From sequence record NC_023557.1: 64,000 nucleotides of DNA. One strand, written 5' to 3'. Of this stretch, positions 8,984 through 18,131 are shown piece after piece. A program made the translations under genes and the position numbers. Within the stretch, counting starts at the first letter, position 1; every line of letters begins with the position of its first letter. A model generated the notes under the pieces. It was not told the origin of the DNA and made no database searches. It saw only the letters and a list, made by a program, of their open reading frames with translations.

Positions 8984-9538
8984 TTACTTCATACCGTCCA
9001 ACTGCTTTTGAAGTTCCTTTAACTGACGGCTTGCATCCGGCGTCTCGGCGTCATGATCTCTGATCGCTTCAATAAACGACTTTCGTTTGCAATAAGGATA
9101 CTTCATCCATTTATCAAATGACAAACCAAATTTGCCCAAGATATCCGCACGCAGATATTCGAGCTCATACTTTCGATACCCAACTAACGCCAGCGAGTCT
9201 TCCTGCTCGACCTGTAAGATTAACGAGAGCGGCGAGGTTTCCACGTTATGGTCAATAATCCCAAACGTGTCATCGTAAAGCTCTGTTAATCGAATTAGTG
9301 GATACTCCCAGTTCTCGGTAAGAAACGTGGGGTTTTCTAACGCGACATCCCAGGCATCGGACCGATCACTTTCGGACAGACCGAAATCCCAATGGATTAG
9401 ATGTCGGCTTGATCGAACGTCTGATTCAGTGTATTCGTCATTAGGGTAAAAAAAACCCGTGCTACGTTCAGCGGGGTGTACGCAGGGAAGGTGTTGCTCA
9501 CCAGCGGTTGACGCGCCTGGCAGTTCGGGCATTTCCAA
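8984..9538 (-). CDS. Downstream (-1 frame) ORF of a putative frameshifted chaperone pair
   Basis: Overlaps the upstream ORF by 142 nt; no convincing RBS; entered by a -1 slip at 9454-9448. Confidence 0.6.
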   Translation of the reverse strand: MEMPELPGASTAGEQHLPCVHPAERSTGFFYPNDEYTESDVRSSRHLIHWDFGLSESDRSDAWDVALENPTFLTENWEYPLIRLTELYDDTFGIIDHNVETSPLSLILQVEQEDSLALVGYRKYELEYLRADILGKFGLSFDKWMKYPYCKRKSFIEAIRDHDAETPDASRQLKELQKQLDGMK

Positions 9539-11016
9539 CGCGGTACCGCAACCACACCGACCGTTACCCGGTTGATGAACTTGTTCAGCTCTTCAAAGAA
9601 CGGTTTACGCATATCCGGGGTTGCACTGAATTGCTTCAGCAGCAATGCCACGTCATCGGCCGACTCAACATAGTTGCCGTCGTTGAACTCGATCTTGGTC
9701 ACCCAGTGGGCGTAACCGCGCATGGAGGACAGCGCTGCCTGTTTGTTGATGTGCTGCTCACGCTGCTCACGCGTCATGCTGTCGTTGAAGCTGTCGGTGA
9801 TCGCTTGTTGAATGCCGTTGATCCAGGCATAACCCGCTGCATTCTTATCTTCGAGTGATGGCACCCGCAGATAGAACTTCACATCTTTCACAGTGATGAC
9901 ATTGTCTTTCATCACTTCAAAGCCGGTCTGATAGGCAATGACCTGCTCGACGGTACGGCCGCTGAAGTGAGACATGTGCGCACGCTGGGTTGGTGACAGA
10001 CGATTGTTGTCAATGATCGACAGACGAGAGACGTTAACTTTCGCTGCTTCAACATGCACACACTTCTTCGGATCGGCGGCACAGGCAGTAACCATGTGGT
10101 AGCCAGACTTAAAGCGTGCGCCCAGGTAGGCGTTAGCGATCAGATCGAGATCCTGCTCTTTGATTAACGGCAGCAGGGTTTTCTTATCGGAGACACCGAT
10201 GCTGCTGTCAGTAACCATACCCAGCAGGAAGTCGGTCATGTGCTTACGCACCACGACATCCAGGTTGTTAAACACCAGACCGTTGGTACGACGACCGAGG
10301 ATCGCTTTCTCAGCCATGATGGCGGTTTGCATATCTACAAACTCATCATCACCGGCAATCAGCAACGTAACCCAGATACCAGAATGTGGCAGCGGCAGAT
10401 GGACATAGTCGCCCATGTTCATCACACCACGAGCACGCATCACTGCCTGTGGACCGGTCAGCAGTTTAGTGCCTTCGGTACTGCGCTTCACTGGCGGGCG
10501 AGAAACACCCTGCACTTTGTTATTGTCGAGCAGAATACCCTGCAGCCACTGCGCGCCATCTTGACGAATGGTCAGGTTCAGACCAGAACGGTACGACAGG
10601 TTGGTGATGGCGTTACTGGCCAGGGATAGCCAGATCATCGCTTTATCAGCACCGTACAGACTGACGATCTCTTTTAAGATCTTCTTGTCTTCGGTGTTGG
10701 TGTCGATCTCATTGATCAGCGCCGTCGCTGCATCGTAATCCTGATGCATAATAGACAGCACACCTTCCGTGCCGACATCCTCCATGGAATTCAGCTTTTC
10801 AATGATCGGGTTCTGATAGAGCGGATCGAACGCCTGCTCAACGGCTTCAACTTCAGGTGCTTCAGCTTCACCCTGCTGGCCGGTTTCTGCTGGCTCGGGA
10901 TCGGTGCCGATAGTACCAGTAGTCGCCGGACGACCTGGATCAACTTCAGGGATACCAGAGTGGTTTTCTTCAACAGGCTCTTGCTGTGACAGAATGGATG
11001 GGTTATCACCGGACAT
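9397..11016 (-). CDS. Conserved 539-aa protein with Cys motifs; putative tail/baseplate assembly chaperone
   Basis: AAGGA RBS; acidic N-tail; CAADPKKC and CPNC motifs reminiscent of T4 gp26-like chaperones (by eye). Confidence 0.55.
   Translation of the reverse strand: MSGDNPSILSQQEPVEENHSGIPEVDPGRPATTGTIGTDPEPAETGQQGEAEAPEVEAVEQAFDPLYQNPIIEKLNSMEDVGTEGVLSIMHQDYDAATALINEIDTNTEDKKILKEIVSLYGADKAMIWLSLASNAITNLSYRSGLNLTIRQDGAQWLQGILLDNNKVQGVSRPPVKRSTEGTKLLTGPQAVMRARGVMNMGDYVHLPLPHSGIWVTLLIAGDDEFVDMQTAIMAEKAILGRRTNGLVFNNLDVVVRKHMTDFLLGMVTDSSIGVSDKKTLLPLIKEQDLDLIANAYLGARFKSGYHMVTACAADPKKCVHVEAAKVNVSRLSIIDNNRLSPTQRAHMSHFSGRTVEQVIAYQTGFEVMKDNVITVKDVKFYLRVPSLEDKNAAGYAWINGIQQAITDSFNDSMTREQREQHINKQAALSSMRGYAHWVTKIEFNDGNYVESADDVALLLKQFSATPDMRKPFFEELNKFINRVTVGVVAVPRWKCPNCQARQPLVSNTFPAYTPLNVARVFFTLMTNTLNQTFDQADI
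9448..9454 (-). other. Candidate -1 ribosomal frameshift heptamer U-UUU-UUU
   Basis: 0 frame reads GTT TTT TTT ACC (V521-F-F-T); -1 frame reads GGT TTT TTT TAC (G-F-F-Y) of ORF 8984..9538. Confidence 0.55.
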
Positions 11017-11033
11017 TATGCTTATCCTTACCT

Positions 11034-11501
11034 TTACTTTTTAGTGGGGTCGACCTGAACCGGGTCATTGAGTTTGCTTACTGCGCCAGCGGCAACCGCG
11101 TTAGCATGGGCGCTGTCTGACATGGTCAGAATGGCAGCACCGTGACGCTGCATCGCATCCAGCAATTTACTTTGCAGGACGATGTATTGTTCGTGCACAC
11201 TGAGGAAGTCAGCGATGGTGCTGTCATGCAAGGCATAACCGGTTTTGCCTTGATGCTGCTGCTTGATCATCGGCAGTGTTTCATCGATCTCTTTGACTAC
11301 AGCCAGCGCCGCTTCGATGTGCGAGCTTAACGCAGAGGGGTTTGGCTGAAAGCGAATGATGTTGGTGTTGACGGCCATGAGGCAAGTATTGCTCAGCTCA
11401 TTGCGCAAATTAATCGTATAAGTTGCCGCAGAATCCAGGTACTCCCAGAACTGATCGGGCTGATGGACCTCTGGTGCGAGAGGCGGTTCATTGGTTGACA
11501 T
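11034..11501 (-). CDS. Hypothetical helical protein
   Basis: AAGGA RBS; co-oriented with the 539-aa gene. Confidence 0.75.
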   Translation of the reverse strand: MSTNEPPLAPEVHQPDQFWEYLDSAATYTINLRNELSNTCLMAVNTNIIRFQPNPSALSSHIEAALAVVKEIDETLPMIKQQHQGKTGYALHDSTIADFLSVHEQYIVLQSKLLDAMQRHGAAILTMSDSAHANAVAAGAVSKLNDPVQVDPTKK

Positions 11502-11593
11502 AACGGGTCCTTGAGGTGATTTATCTTGTGGCTTACATATATTGACACTACTAATGTCAACAATTACAACGTTTATACGGAAAAGGCACGGTC

Positions 11594-12505
11594 ATGAGTG
11601 ATTTTACTGACTTAACGAAATTGAAGACCGAATTACCACAAAACATCCAAAAGATTGATGAGCAGGATGATGTGGGTGACTTCAGCGATCTTAACGACTA
11701 CCTCATGACCATCATTCCGGATGAACGGCGTGAGCGCTTGATCGCGATCTGTCAAAACTTGAGTACCCTGCAGTATCATCAAGTCCAGCCCGATGTGGAT
11801 CGGTTACTAATGATGGCTAACGACGGTGAAGCGCCGTCGGTGCTCGATGACTTGACCCGGTTGTTATTTGAACACGCTTATGACTTAACGAAAAACATGG
11901 GTTTTAACTGGGCCGATGAGATTGAGTTTGATCAGCTGTTCCTGCTCGGTGATGTAATCGAAGGTGCCATGTTGATTGATGGCATGGAAGACTACGGCGA
12001 CCTCTCAGCGATCCTGGATGGGGATGACTCAGTTGAAGAGAAGGTGGTGGATATCTGGGGCCAGGTGCTCGACAAAGACATGCACCATCTCTTTGAACAG
12101 ATCCAGTCCATCGAACCGGCGGTGATCAGCGGGATCAAACAAGTCACGACCCGACCGTATGCCGAAGACGATTATGCAGATGTGCAGCGTCCACTTGAGT
12201 TTGTGGTTGAGCGGTTGGTGAAAGTCCGTGAAATGATGAAGACCGATGGCGTTGCTTACCAGCATGTGGCCAAGGGCGGGGCATTAGGCGTTGAGCTCGA
12301 TTCACTGATCACGCTATACACCCCTGAGTTGAATGCCGTGACCGATCCGATCGAACTGACCGACCTGCTGGTTGCCTTTACCCTGATCAGCAACACCCCA
12401 GATGGTTTGGTGAAATCCACCGCATCCCGGCTGGCAGAAAAATGGATTGATGATATCGAAGTCATCAATGTGGTAGGTAAACATATCGACAGGTATCCCG
12501 TGTGA
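11594..12505 (+). CDS. Acidic conserved hypothetical protein coupled to the RNAP subunit
   Basis: 303 aa; GTGA overlap with the beta-prime gene. Confidence 0.75.
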   Translation: MSDFTDLTKLKTELPQNIQKIDEQDDVGDFSDLNDYLMTIIPDERRERLIAICQNLSTLQYHQVQPDVDRLLMMANDGEAPSVLDDLTRLLFEHAYDLTKNMGFNWADEIEFDQLFLLGDVIEGAMLIDGMEDYGDLSAILDGDDSVEEKVVDIWGQVLDKDMHHLFEQIQSIEPAVISGIKQVTTRPYAEDDYADVQRPLEFVVERLVKVREMMKTDGVAYQHVAKGGALGVELDSLITLYTPELNAVTDPIELTDLLVAFTLISNTPDGLVKSTASRLAEKWIDDIEVINVVGKHIDRYPV

Positions 12506-13812
12506 ATATTCGCGACTATTTAATCATGGCCTTTCGGGCAGGGGCTTACAAGCAACGCCAGTGGGTGTTGAGTGTCATGAGTATCACCCAGACCCCGGAT
12601 GGTAAATCCGTAGCAGACAGTATGATCCCGTATCAGGCACACCGCATCAACATCGGTGCGACACTCGACTGGGCTTACTGGGATGACTTCAACAAAACCT
12701 TTGTGCCGATTGAGGGAGTGGATGTTAACTTCCCGTTGTTTCGACCCGAGGATCAATACACACTACAACCTGGGGATTTCGCCAATGTCACTGAAGAAGT
12801 TACTACTACTTTCGGCCGTATTCTGGCTAACCATTATTATTTTATCGATGTGGTCGGTGAACGTGTCCCCTTTCAGAACGTAGAATTCAACCGCGGGATG
12901 CTGGAGAAGATCTACAAGGCCCGGGTATTAGAAGACGCCCAGGACTTGCGGCGTTCTGATCCGTTCTACCTGACCGTCGATGAATTCAAACGCTCCGTGG
13001 ATAATGGCTTTGCCTTGGGTGGGTTGTCGAAACTTTGTGTACCGACTGCCTGTCCGGAAACCATGTATCCGCCGAAGTTCATCATCGAGATGCGTGACCG
13101 TCTGTTTGAAGAGCACAAGGATGAGCTCAACAACCCGGTGGTCATGGGGCGTATTCAGGATGAGCTGTTAAAGCACTACCGTGAGTTCCTAATGTCCACC
13201 CCGTCAGCCAAGTTCTTTGTGATCAAGAAGACCATCGACCAGGCCTTCAACAACATGTTCTTGACCGGCGGTATTGCCGGGGCTTTTGGTGGTAACACTG
13301 TTATTACCAACTCGCTGTACGAAGGCTGGAACCTGAAGAACTTCCCGGCGTTAGTGAATGGCTCTATCGAAGCTTCCTTTGACCGTGGTGCGGCTACAGC
13401 CGACGGTGGTGAGAAAGTGAAGATGTTGATCCGTGCCACGCAGAACATCCGTATCACCGATGATGATTGCGGCACCCAGCTCGGGGTACCGTGGGTGATT
13501 GAAGATGCCGGCAAGGCACGCTTCATTAACTCTTACATACTGGATAAGGGTGTGACGATTCTGTTAACTCCGGAGAACATTGATAAGTTCGTCGGTAAGC
13601 CGGTCATGACCCGTTCACCCAGCTTCTGTAAGAAATCCCATGGCGACTCCTGTAAGTTCTGCGTCGGTGCGCATAACGCCACCAACCCACGCGGGATGTC
13701 TTCCGGTACCTCGAAGATCGGTTCTACCCTGATGTTGTTATCGATGAAAGCGATGCATAAAGGCAGTAAGATCGATCTGATCGAGTATAACCTTGATGAG
13801 GTCTTTAACTGA
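12502..13812 (+). CDS. Split multisubunit RNA polymerase beta-prime fragment (phiKZ gp80-like virion RNAP by synteny)
   Basis: Bridge-helix-like DRGAATADGGEKVK, DDCGT, Zn-site RSPSFC..CKFC, trigger-helix-like GSTLMLLSMKAMH. Confidence 0.85.
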   Translation: MNIRDYLIMAFRAGAYKQRQWVLSVMSITQTPDGKSVADSMIPYQAHRINIGATLDWAYWDDFNKTFVPIEGVDVNFPLFRPEDQYTLQPGDFANVTEEVTTTFGRILANHYYFIDVVGERVPFQNVEFNRGMLEKIYKARVLEDAQDLRRSDPFYLTVDEFKRSVDNGFALGGLSKLCVPTACPETMYPPKFIIEMRDRLFEEHKDELNNPVVMGRIQDELLKHYREFLMSTPSAKFFVIKKTIDQAFNNMFLTGGIAGAFGGNTVITNSLYEGWNLKNFPALVNGSIEASFDRGAATADGGEKVKMLIRATQNIRITDDDCGTQLGVPWVIEDAGKARFINSYILDKGVTILLTPENIDKFVGKPVMTRSPSFCKKSHGDSCKFCVGAHNATNPRGMSSGTSKIGSTLMLLSMKAMHKGSKIDLIEYNLDEVFN

Positions 13813-13821
13813 GGATATCTG

Positions 13822-13835
13822 AAACCTACATTATA
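13822..13835 (+). promoter_or_regulatory. Candidate phage promoter AAACCTACATTATA
   Basis: Intergenic, ~45 nt before the island's first gene; ACCTACATTA core repeats at 54081 and 63962. Confidence 0.5.
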
Positions 13836-13866
13836 AGAGGGAGATAACTTTTATAAGGAACGTACC

Positions 13867-14583
13867 ATGTATGGTTTATTAATCCTCGCCTTGCCTCAGT
13901 CACCGTACGTCCACATGAGTGCGATGACTGCGGACAGGTTTACTGAACTGCTCCCACAACTCCAGAAAGAGCTCGATGCAGATATCTTTCCTAATGTGTG
14001 TTTCCAGGGTGCATTCAATGTCAGTAATACCCGTACGGTCACTCAGCTGTTTATTCCGTGTAGCGGATTGGTGGCGGCACGGGAGTTGGGGTATGAACAG
14101 ATCCGCAATATTCTCGCCAACCCAGAGAAGGAAGTCCAGCATGTCACCAACATCGGTGATTGGCTGGGTATTCCTGGTAAGGTGATGTTTGATAATGCGG
14201 ATGGATCTGTGGATGAGGTCGTTGTGACTGACATGTACAAATATCTGGTACATGAAAGAAGAGAGCGCTCTGTCTTTCGGTTCAGTCCTATTGATCTTAG
14301 TATAACCGATACCGAACCATTACCAACTCACCTCTACCCACGTGATCATTTCTACGACCAGGTCTACCTCGACAAAGACGGCGAGCGTGCTTTCCTGTCT
14401 TACGGGTCGTGCGGTGAGGAAGGCTGTGTCATAGAACCCAGAGAAGAGAAACCCGTGCAAGTGTACGGCGTTACCTACTCGTCACTGGATGAAGTGGCCC
14501 GATGTTATAACCTGCCTGAGCAGTACGTGAAAGAACGCGTTGAGTCTGACAGCCTTGAATGGCTGGAGTGGTCATATTTGTAA
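13867..14583 (+). CDS. Paralog of 18132..18914 with C-terminal NUMOD1/HTH-like domain
   Basis: Shared TNIGDWL, VTDxxKYL and GxxYSSxxE motifs. Confidence 0.7.
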   Translation: MYGLLILALPQSPYVHMSAMTADRFTELLPQLQKELDADIFPNVCFQGAFNVSNTRTVTQLFIPCSGLVAARELGYEQIRNILANPEKEVQHVTNIGDWLGIPGKVMFDNADGSVDEVVVTDMYKYLVHERRERSVFRFSPIDLSITDTEPLPTHLYPRDHFYDQVYLDKDGERAFLSYGSCGEEGCVIEPREEKPVQVYGVTYSSLDEVARCYNLPEQYVKERVESDSLEWLEWSYL

Positions 14584-14711
14584 AAGTATTTGGGGATGAG
14601 ACGCAGAGCTGATTCCCATCTACGGTAAGTTGTTCAAGGAAGCAGCAAACCGGTTATAAAAAATGAAAGGGTTTTCGTAAGATAGTCAGTGCTCCGTACC
14701 CGAGACAATAC

Positions 14712-14909
14712 ATGACCACAAACCCGCAGTTTATTTTCGTGGCTCAGAATTCTGATGCTACACACAGCGTAGAGAAACTGGAAGTAGGACGCGATACCGA
14801 TGCCCAGAAGAACCTCACGGAACTTCGTAAAGGTTTGCCGTTCGACTTCTCGTTTATCATGTCTGAAGAGGCGATCTATCAACTTCGACAGGCAGGGCAC
14901 ATCAACTAA
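14712..14909 (+). CDS. Small hypothetical protein
   Basis: 65 aa; fits operon orientation; weak RBS. Confidence 0.5.
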   Translation: MTTNPQFIFVAQNSDATHSVEKLEVGRDTDAQKNLTELRKGLPFDFSFIMSEEAIYQLRQAGHIN

Positions 14910-14924
14910 ACTGCTGAGGTAGTC

Positions 14925-15377
14925 ATGACGAACAAATCGGAGATCTCACACGGTGGTGGCGATCAGCCTATGGAAAAAGAGCAAAGCAACTTATCCGTAC
15001 TGGTGAACTACTCCACAGGTGTGATGGAAGGTGACCGTTTTAATTACTCGGTTGCATTGGCGCTGTTGAAAGACGGCATCAAAGTGAAACGCGAAGACTG
15101 GAAGAACGCTTTCCTGGTGTTCGTCCCGGGTAGTCAGAATGTTGAACTGCCAAAAGGGTCGCCGTATGAAGTCGCACTCCACGGTAAGAAGTCCGTTGCC
15201 AATATTCGTCCGCACATCGATCTGTACACGGAGTACGGTGAATTCGAAGTCGGTTGGACAGCCAACCAGGAAGACACTAACGCCGATGACTGGATGATTG
15301 TCTTAGACAAGAACACCAATCAAGACGACAGTGCCGACGAAGAGAAAGAGTCCTCAAACGACGACTCGAAGTCATAA
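14925..15377 (+). CDS. DUF2829 family protein (Tad2-like anti-defence sponge candidate)
   Basis: FNYSVALALLKDGIKVKREDWKNAFLVFVPG...PHID...WTANQEDTNADDWMIV matches the DUF2829 pattern. Confidence 0.75.
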   Translation: MTNKSEISHGGGDQPMEKEQSNLSVLVNYSTGVMEGDRFNYSVALALLKDGIKVKREDWKNAFLVFVPGSQNVELPKGSPYEVALHGKKSVANIRPHIDLYTEYGEFEVGWTANQEDTNADDWMIVLDKNTNQDDSADEEKESSNDDSKS

Positions 15378-15382
15378 ACTCC

Positions 15383-15411
15383 AGGAGAGCTTCGGCTCTC
15401 CTTTTATGCCC
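15383..15411 (+). terminator. UUCG hairpin plus TTTATGCCC
   Basis: AGGAGAGC-TTCG-GCTCTCCT. Confidence 0.75.
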
Positions 15412-15426
15412 ATTAAGGAACATGTA

Positions 15427-15786
15427 ATGAGTGAAAAGAAAGCGTTTGAAGTGGTATTGGATAGCCGTCATGAACCGTACGAGGCTTACCAGTTATTAGT
15501 GGCTCGCATCAATACCTTATTGCGCACCGGTCAAGGCTACCATGAAGTGAAACTCACGAAGTGGCAGCTTTACGATAACGGTCTTCTTATCAAGGGAGAT
15601 GATGATGTGCATATCTCCTTGTTGCGTCATTTCTATTACGATAAGCAACGCAATACGTTTGGTGGTGGCTTCATGGCCTTTGAGATCCTGGAAGATTTGG
15701 GTCGTTACTACAAAGTGCACGATATCACAGAAGGGATGAGCGAGAATGTTGGCCTCGTCTTCACGATCACGGTAACCACACCATAA
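15427..15786 (+). CDS. Small paralog array member 1
   Basis: AAGGAA RBS before ATG 15427; VKLTKWQLYDNG..KGDD. Confidence 0.75.
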   Translation: MSEKKAFEVVLDSRHEPYEAYQLLVARINTLLRTGQGYHEVKLTKWQLYDNGLLIKGDDDVHISLLRHFYYDKQRNTFGGGFMAFEILEDLGRYYKVHDITEGMSENVGLVFTITVTTP

Positions 15787-15795
15787 GAGGTTTAG

Positions 15796-16161
15796 ATGAA
15801 ACCACTCTTCGCCATGAAGTTCGATACCCGTGATGCGTCATTTACCAGTCAGCTGGATTTACTGCAATCCCGTATCAAGAGCTTCTCTAAACGTGGCACA
15901 ACGATTAAGGATGTGGTAGTCACTAGTTGGCAGCTGTTTTCAAACAACATGGTGGTGGCTGGCGACGACCCCGCCTACGTCACCATCATCCACAACTACC
16001 AGTATGACATTGAACAGCAGTGTGTAGTTGGTGGCGCCAGCGCGGTAGATACTCTCAGAGAGATCTGGTCGGCATATGGTCCTGACTCGACACTCCCACG
16101 TTACGGGTCTGTGCCGGGTGCTATCGATATTCAATACACGATTACTGTGTTCACTATTTAA
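15796..16161 (+). CDS. Small paralog array member 2
   Basis: GAGG RBS; VVVTSWQLFSNN..AGDD; aligns end to end with member 1. Confidence 0.75.
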   Translation: MKPLFAMKFDTRDASFTSQLDLLQSRIKSFSKRGTTIKDVVVTSWQLFSNNMVVAGDDPAYVTIIHNYQYDIEQQCVVGGASAVDTLREIWSAYGPDSTLPRYGSVPGAIDIQYTITVFTI

Positions 16162-16174
16162 AGGAGATACCCGC

Positions 16175-16567
16175 ATGGGAGTTTCTACTGCTGCTGCTCG
16201 TCGTTCTAAAGAAGGGGTGTTTACCCGGAGTATTGAAGTGCGTCATGATCACTGGAAACGGGATATCACTGATTTAGGACTGGATGTCCATAACCTGGTG
16301 CTGTGTAAGCAGGAGATCGTGTCAGTGACCCTCACTGCCTGGCGGGCGTATGACGAGTGCGGTGTATTGCGCGGCAGTGCCAAAGAGTTGAAGTTAGACA
16401 TTACGGAATGGTTCCTCGGTGACAAAGGCCCGGTCATTAATGATGCGATCAAACCTCTCACGTTTGCCTTCATCATTAATCAACAACGCAGCCAACGCAC
16501 GCCCTGGGTAAAAGATGTCCGCTTAGGGCTTAACCTGTCCATTGTCTACAAGAGGATTCAGCAATAA
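16175..16567 (+). CDS. Small paralog array member 3
   Basis: AAGGAG RBS before ATG 16175; VTLTAWRAYDECG..RG. Confidence 0.7.
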   Translation: MGVSTAAARRSKEGVFTRSIEVRHDHWKRDITDLGLDVHNLVLCKQEIVSVTLTAWRAYDECGVLRGSAKELKLDITEWFLGDKGPVINDAIKPLTFAFIINQQRSQRTPWVKDVRLGLNLSIVYKRIQQ

Positions 16568-16911
16568 TGGAAATTGTCCACCAACTCGATCTTAGCCACG
16601 GCTGGGAACCCTTCAACCGCCTGAAAGCCGCCTTTGCCAAGAAACCCCCGGAGGCGATCCACATCACTGCCTGGGTCGCTCATGGCTATAAAGGAAACCT
16701 CATCGGTGATGAGCAAGTGGTGAAAGGGTCGTGCCAGGAGTGCCGGATTGATGTGACCCACATCTTCTTTCCCAGTCGACCTGAGATCTTGATTGGTTTG
16801 TCGAGCTTCATTAACACTATTAACCGTGACGGGCCGGTGAAGATCCCAGCCTGGACCGGATCGATTACTCTTTGTCTTGAATTAGCGATAAGTTATACGG
16901 ATAGAATTTAA
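16567..16911 (+). CDS. Small paralog array member 4 (most divergent)
   Basis: TAATG coupling; IHITAWVAHGYKGNLIGD. Confidence 0.65.
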   Translation: MEIVHQLDLSHGWEPFNRLKAAFAKKPPEAIHITAWVAHGYKGNLIGDEQVVKGSCQECRIDVTHIFFPSRPEILIGLSSFINTINRDGPVKIPAWTGSITLCLELAISYTDRI

Positions 16912-17018
16912 TCGGCATATATTCTGTCTCGTTAGCGTAAGCTCGCTAAAAACCCTTTTAAAGTTTTGTATAACAAACTATCAACTTTGTAGAAAGAAAC
17001 AAATAGGAAATTAATCTC

Positions 17019-17729
17019 ATGTTGCATGAAAACTTTGAAGCCTTAGTGGCGAACATCGCCAACCAAATCAATCAGCTGGAACCAGAGGATCTACCGTCAC
17101 TGATCCTGACCAAGAGCGGAGTCTACATCAACGACAAGCGACACGATCGCACGCGTCTACTGCTGAACCTGTTTACCCCACAACCCGGGCACACCCATGA
17201 CGTGACCTTCGATCAAGAGCTGCAGGATGCTTTCGCTCACAACAACCTGGAGTTTATCAAAGTCGGTGAAGGGATCGCCTACGGACTACTGCGTACCAGT
17301 ATCGTTAACAACGAACCCGCGGTGTTCTGGATTCACGCTGATGTCTCCGATGATGCATCATTACTGAAGCAAGCCTGGGATATCATCACCGACCTGAAGA
17401 AGAATGCGGGTTACCCCCAGGCGTTTAACATTGACGTGCTCGACGTAAGCTGGCATGCGTTAAGCTGGGCACAACTGCTGGGGACTTTGCTTGACCGCAC
17501 TGACCCGACACGCCGGTTTCGTTTGGCAACTAACCCCGACTACGATTTTGTGTTATCCCAGAAAGCCATCACGTACTACCAGGAGACGTTGAGTAAACGT
17601 CCGATGGCACCGGTTGCTTACCTCGATGACACTAACCTGTTTAATGGTGGCGACTTTAACGACAGTGATCGCAACTGGGCAATCGCCCCGAACGACAGCA
17701 CCCGCCCTATCGTGAAGGTGTATGTTTAA
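17019..17729 (+). CDS. Hypothetical protein
   Basis: AGGA RBS; 236 aa. Confidence 0.75.
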   Translation: MLHENFEALVANIANQINQLEPEDLPSLILTKSGVYINDKRHDRTRLLLNLFTPQPGHTHDVTFDQELQDAFAHNNLEFIKVGEGIAYGLLRTSIVNNEPAVFWIHADVSDDASLLKQAWDIITDLKKNAGYPQAFNIDVLDVSWHALSWAQLLGTLLDRTDPTRRFRLATNPDYDFVLSQKAITYYQETLSKRPMAPVAYLDDTNLFNGGDFNDSDRNWAIAPNDSTRPIVKVYV

Positions 17730-17787
17730 ATAAACACAAGCTCCAGATGGTATACTTGGAAACATTTATTGATCTGGAGCCCCAGCC

Positions 17788-18087
17788 ATGCAAAACAATG
17801 ACGATGTGGTGCCGATGCACTATAACCACAACGTGGACATGAATAACCCGCTCGACGTGGATGAAGAGGCGTTAAAGGTTCGCTTCGCTGCGCGCCTGTG
17901 CAGCTTCCTTGATCTTGCCGAGCAACTGAATAAGGATGACTTAACCCAAAACGATATCAGTCAGTTCACCGTCGGTATCGTAAACTTAGTGTGTGACTCA
18001 ATGGGCAGTAGTCCCAAACGAGACCTTTACAGGAGACAGATGGTTGACAAACTTGAACCTGTTCTGTCGAGGCATCTGATTAAATAG
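17788..18087 (+). CDS. Hypothetical protein
   Basis: GGAG RBS; 99 aa. Confidence 0.7.
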   Translation: MQNNDDVVPMHYNHNVDMNNPLDVDEEALKVRFAARLCSFLDLAEQLNKDDLTQNDISQFTVGIVNLVCDSMGSSPKRDLYRRQMVDKLEPVLSRHLIK

Positions 18088-18131
18088 TCGGAGGCGTGAC
18101 GGAACGCGACTACATTGCAGTATAAAAGGAT

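Noticed and set aside
14634-14900. 88-aa minus ORF overlapping the 65-aa plus ORF
   Set aside because: Opposes the island orientation and has no RBS; the plus ORF is preferred.
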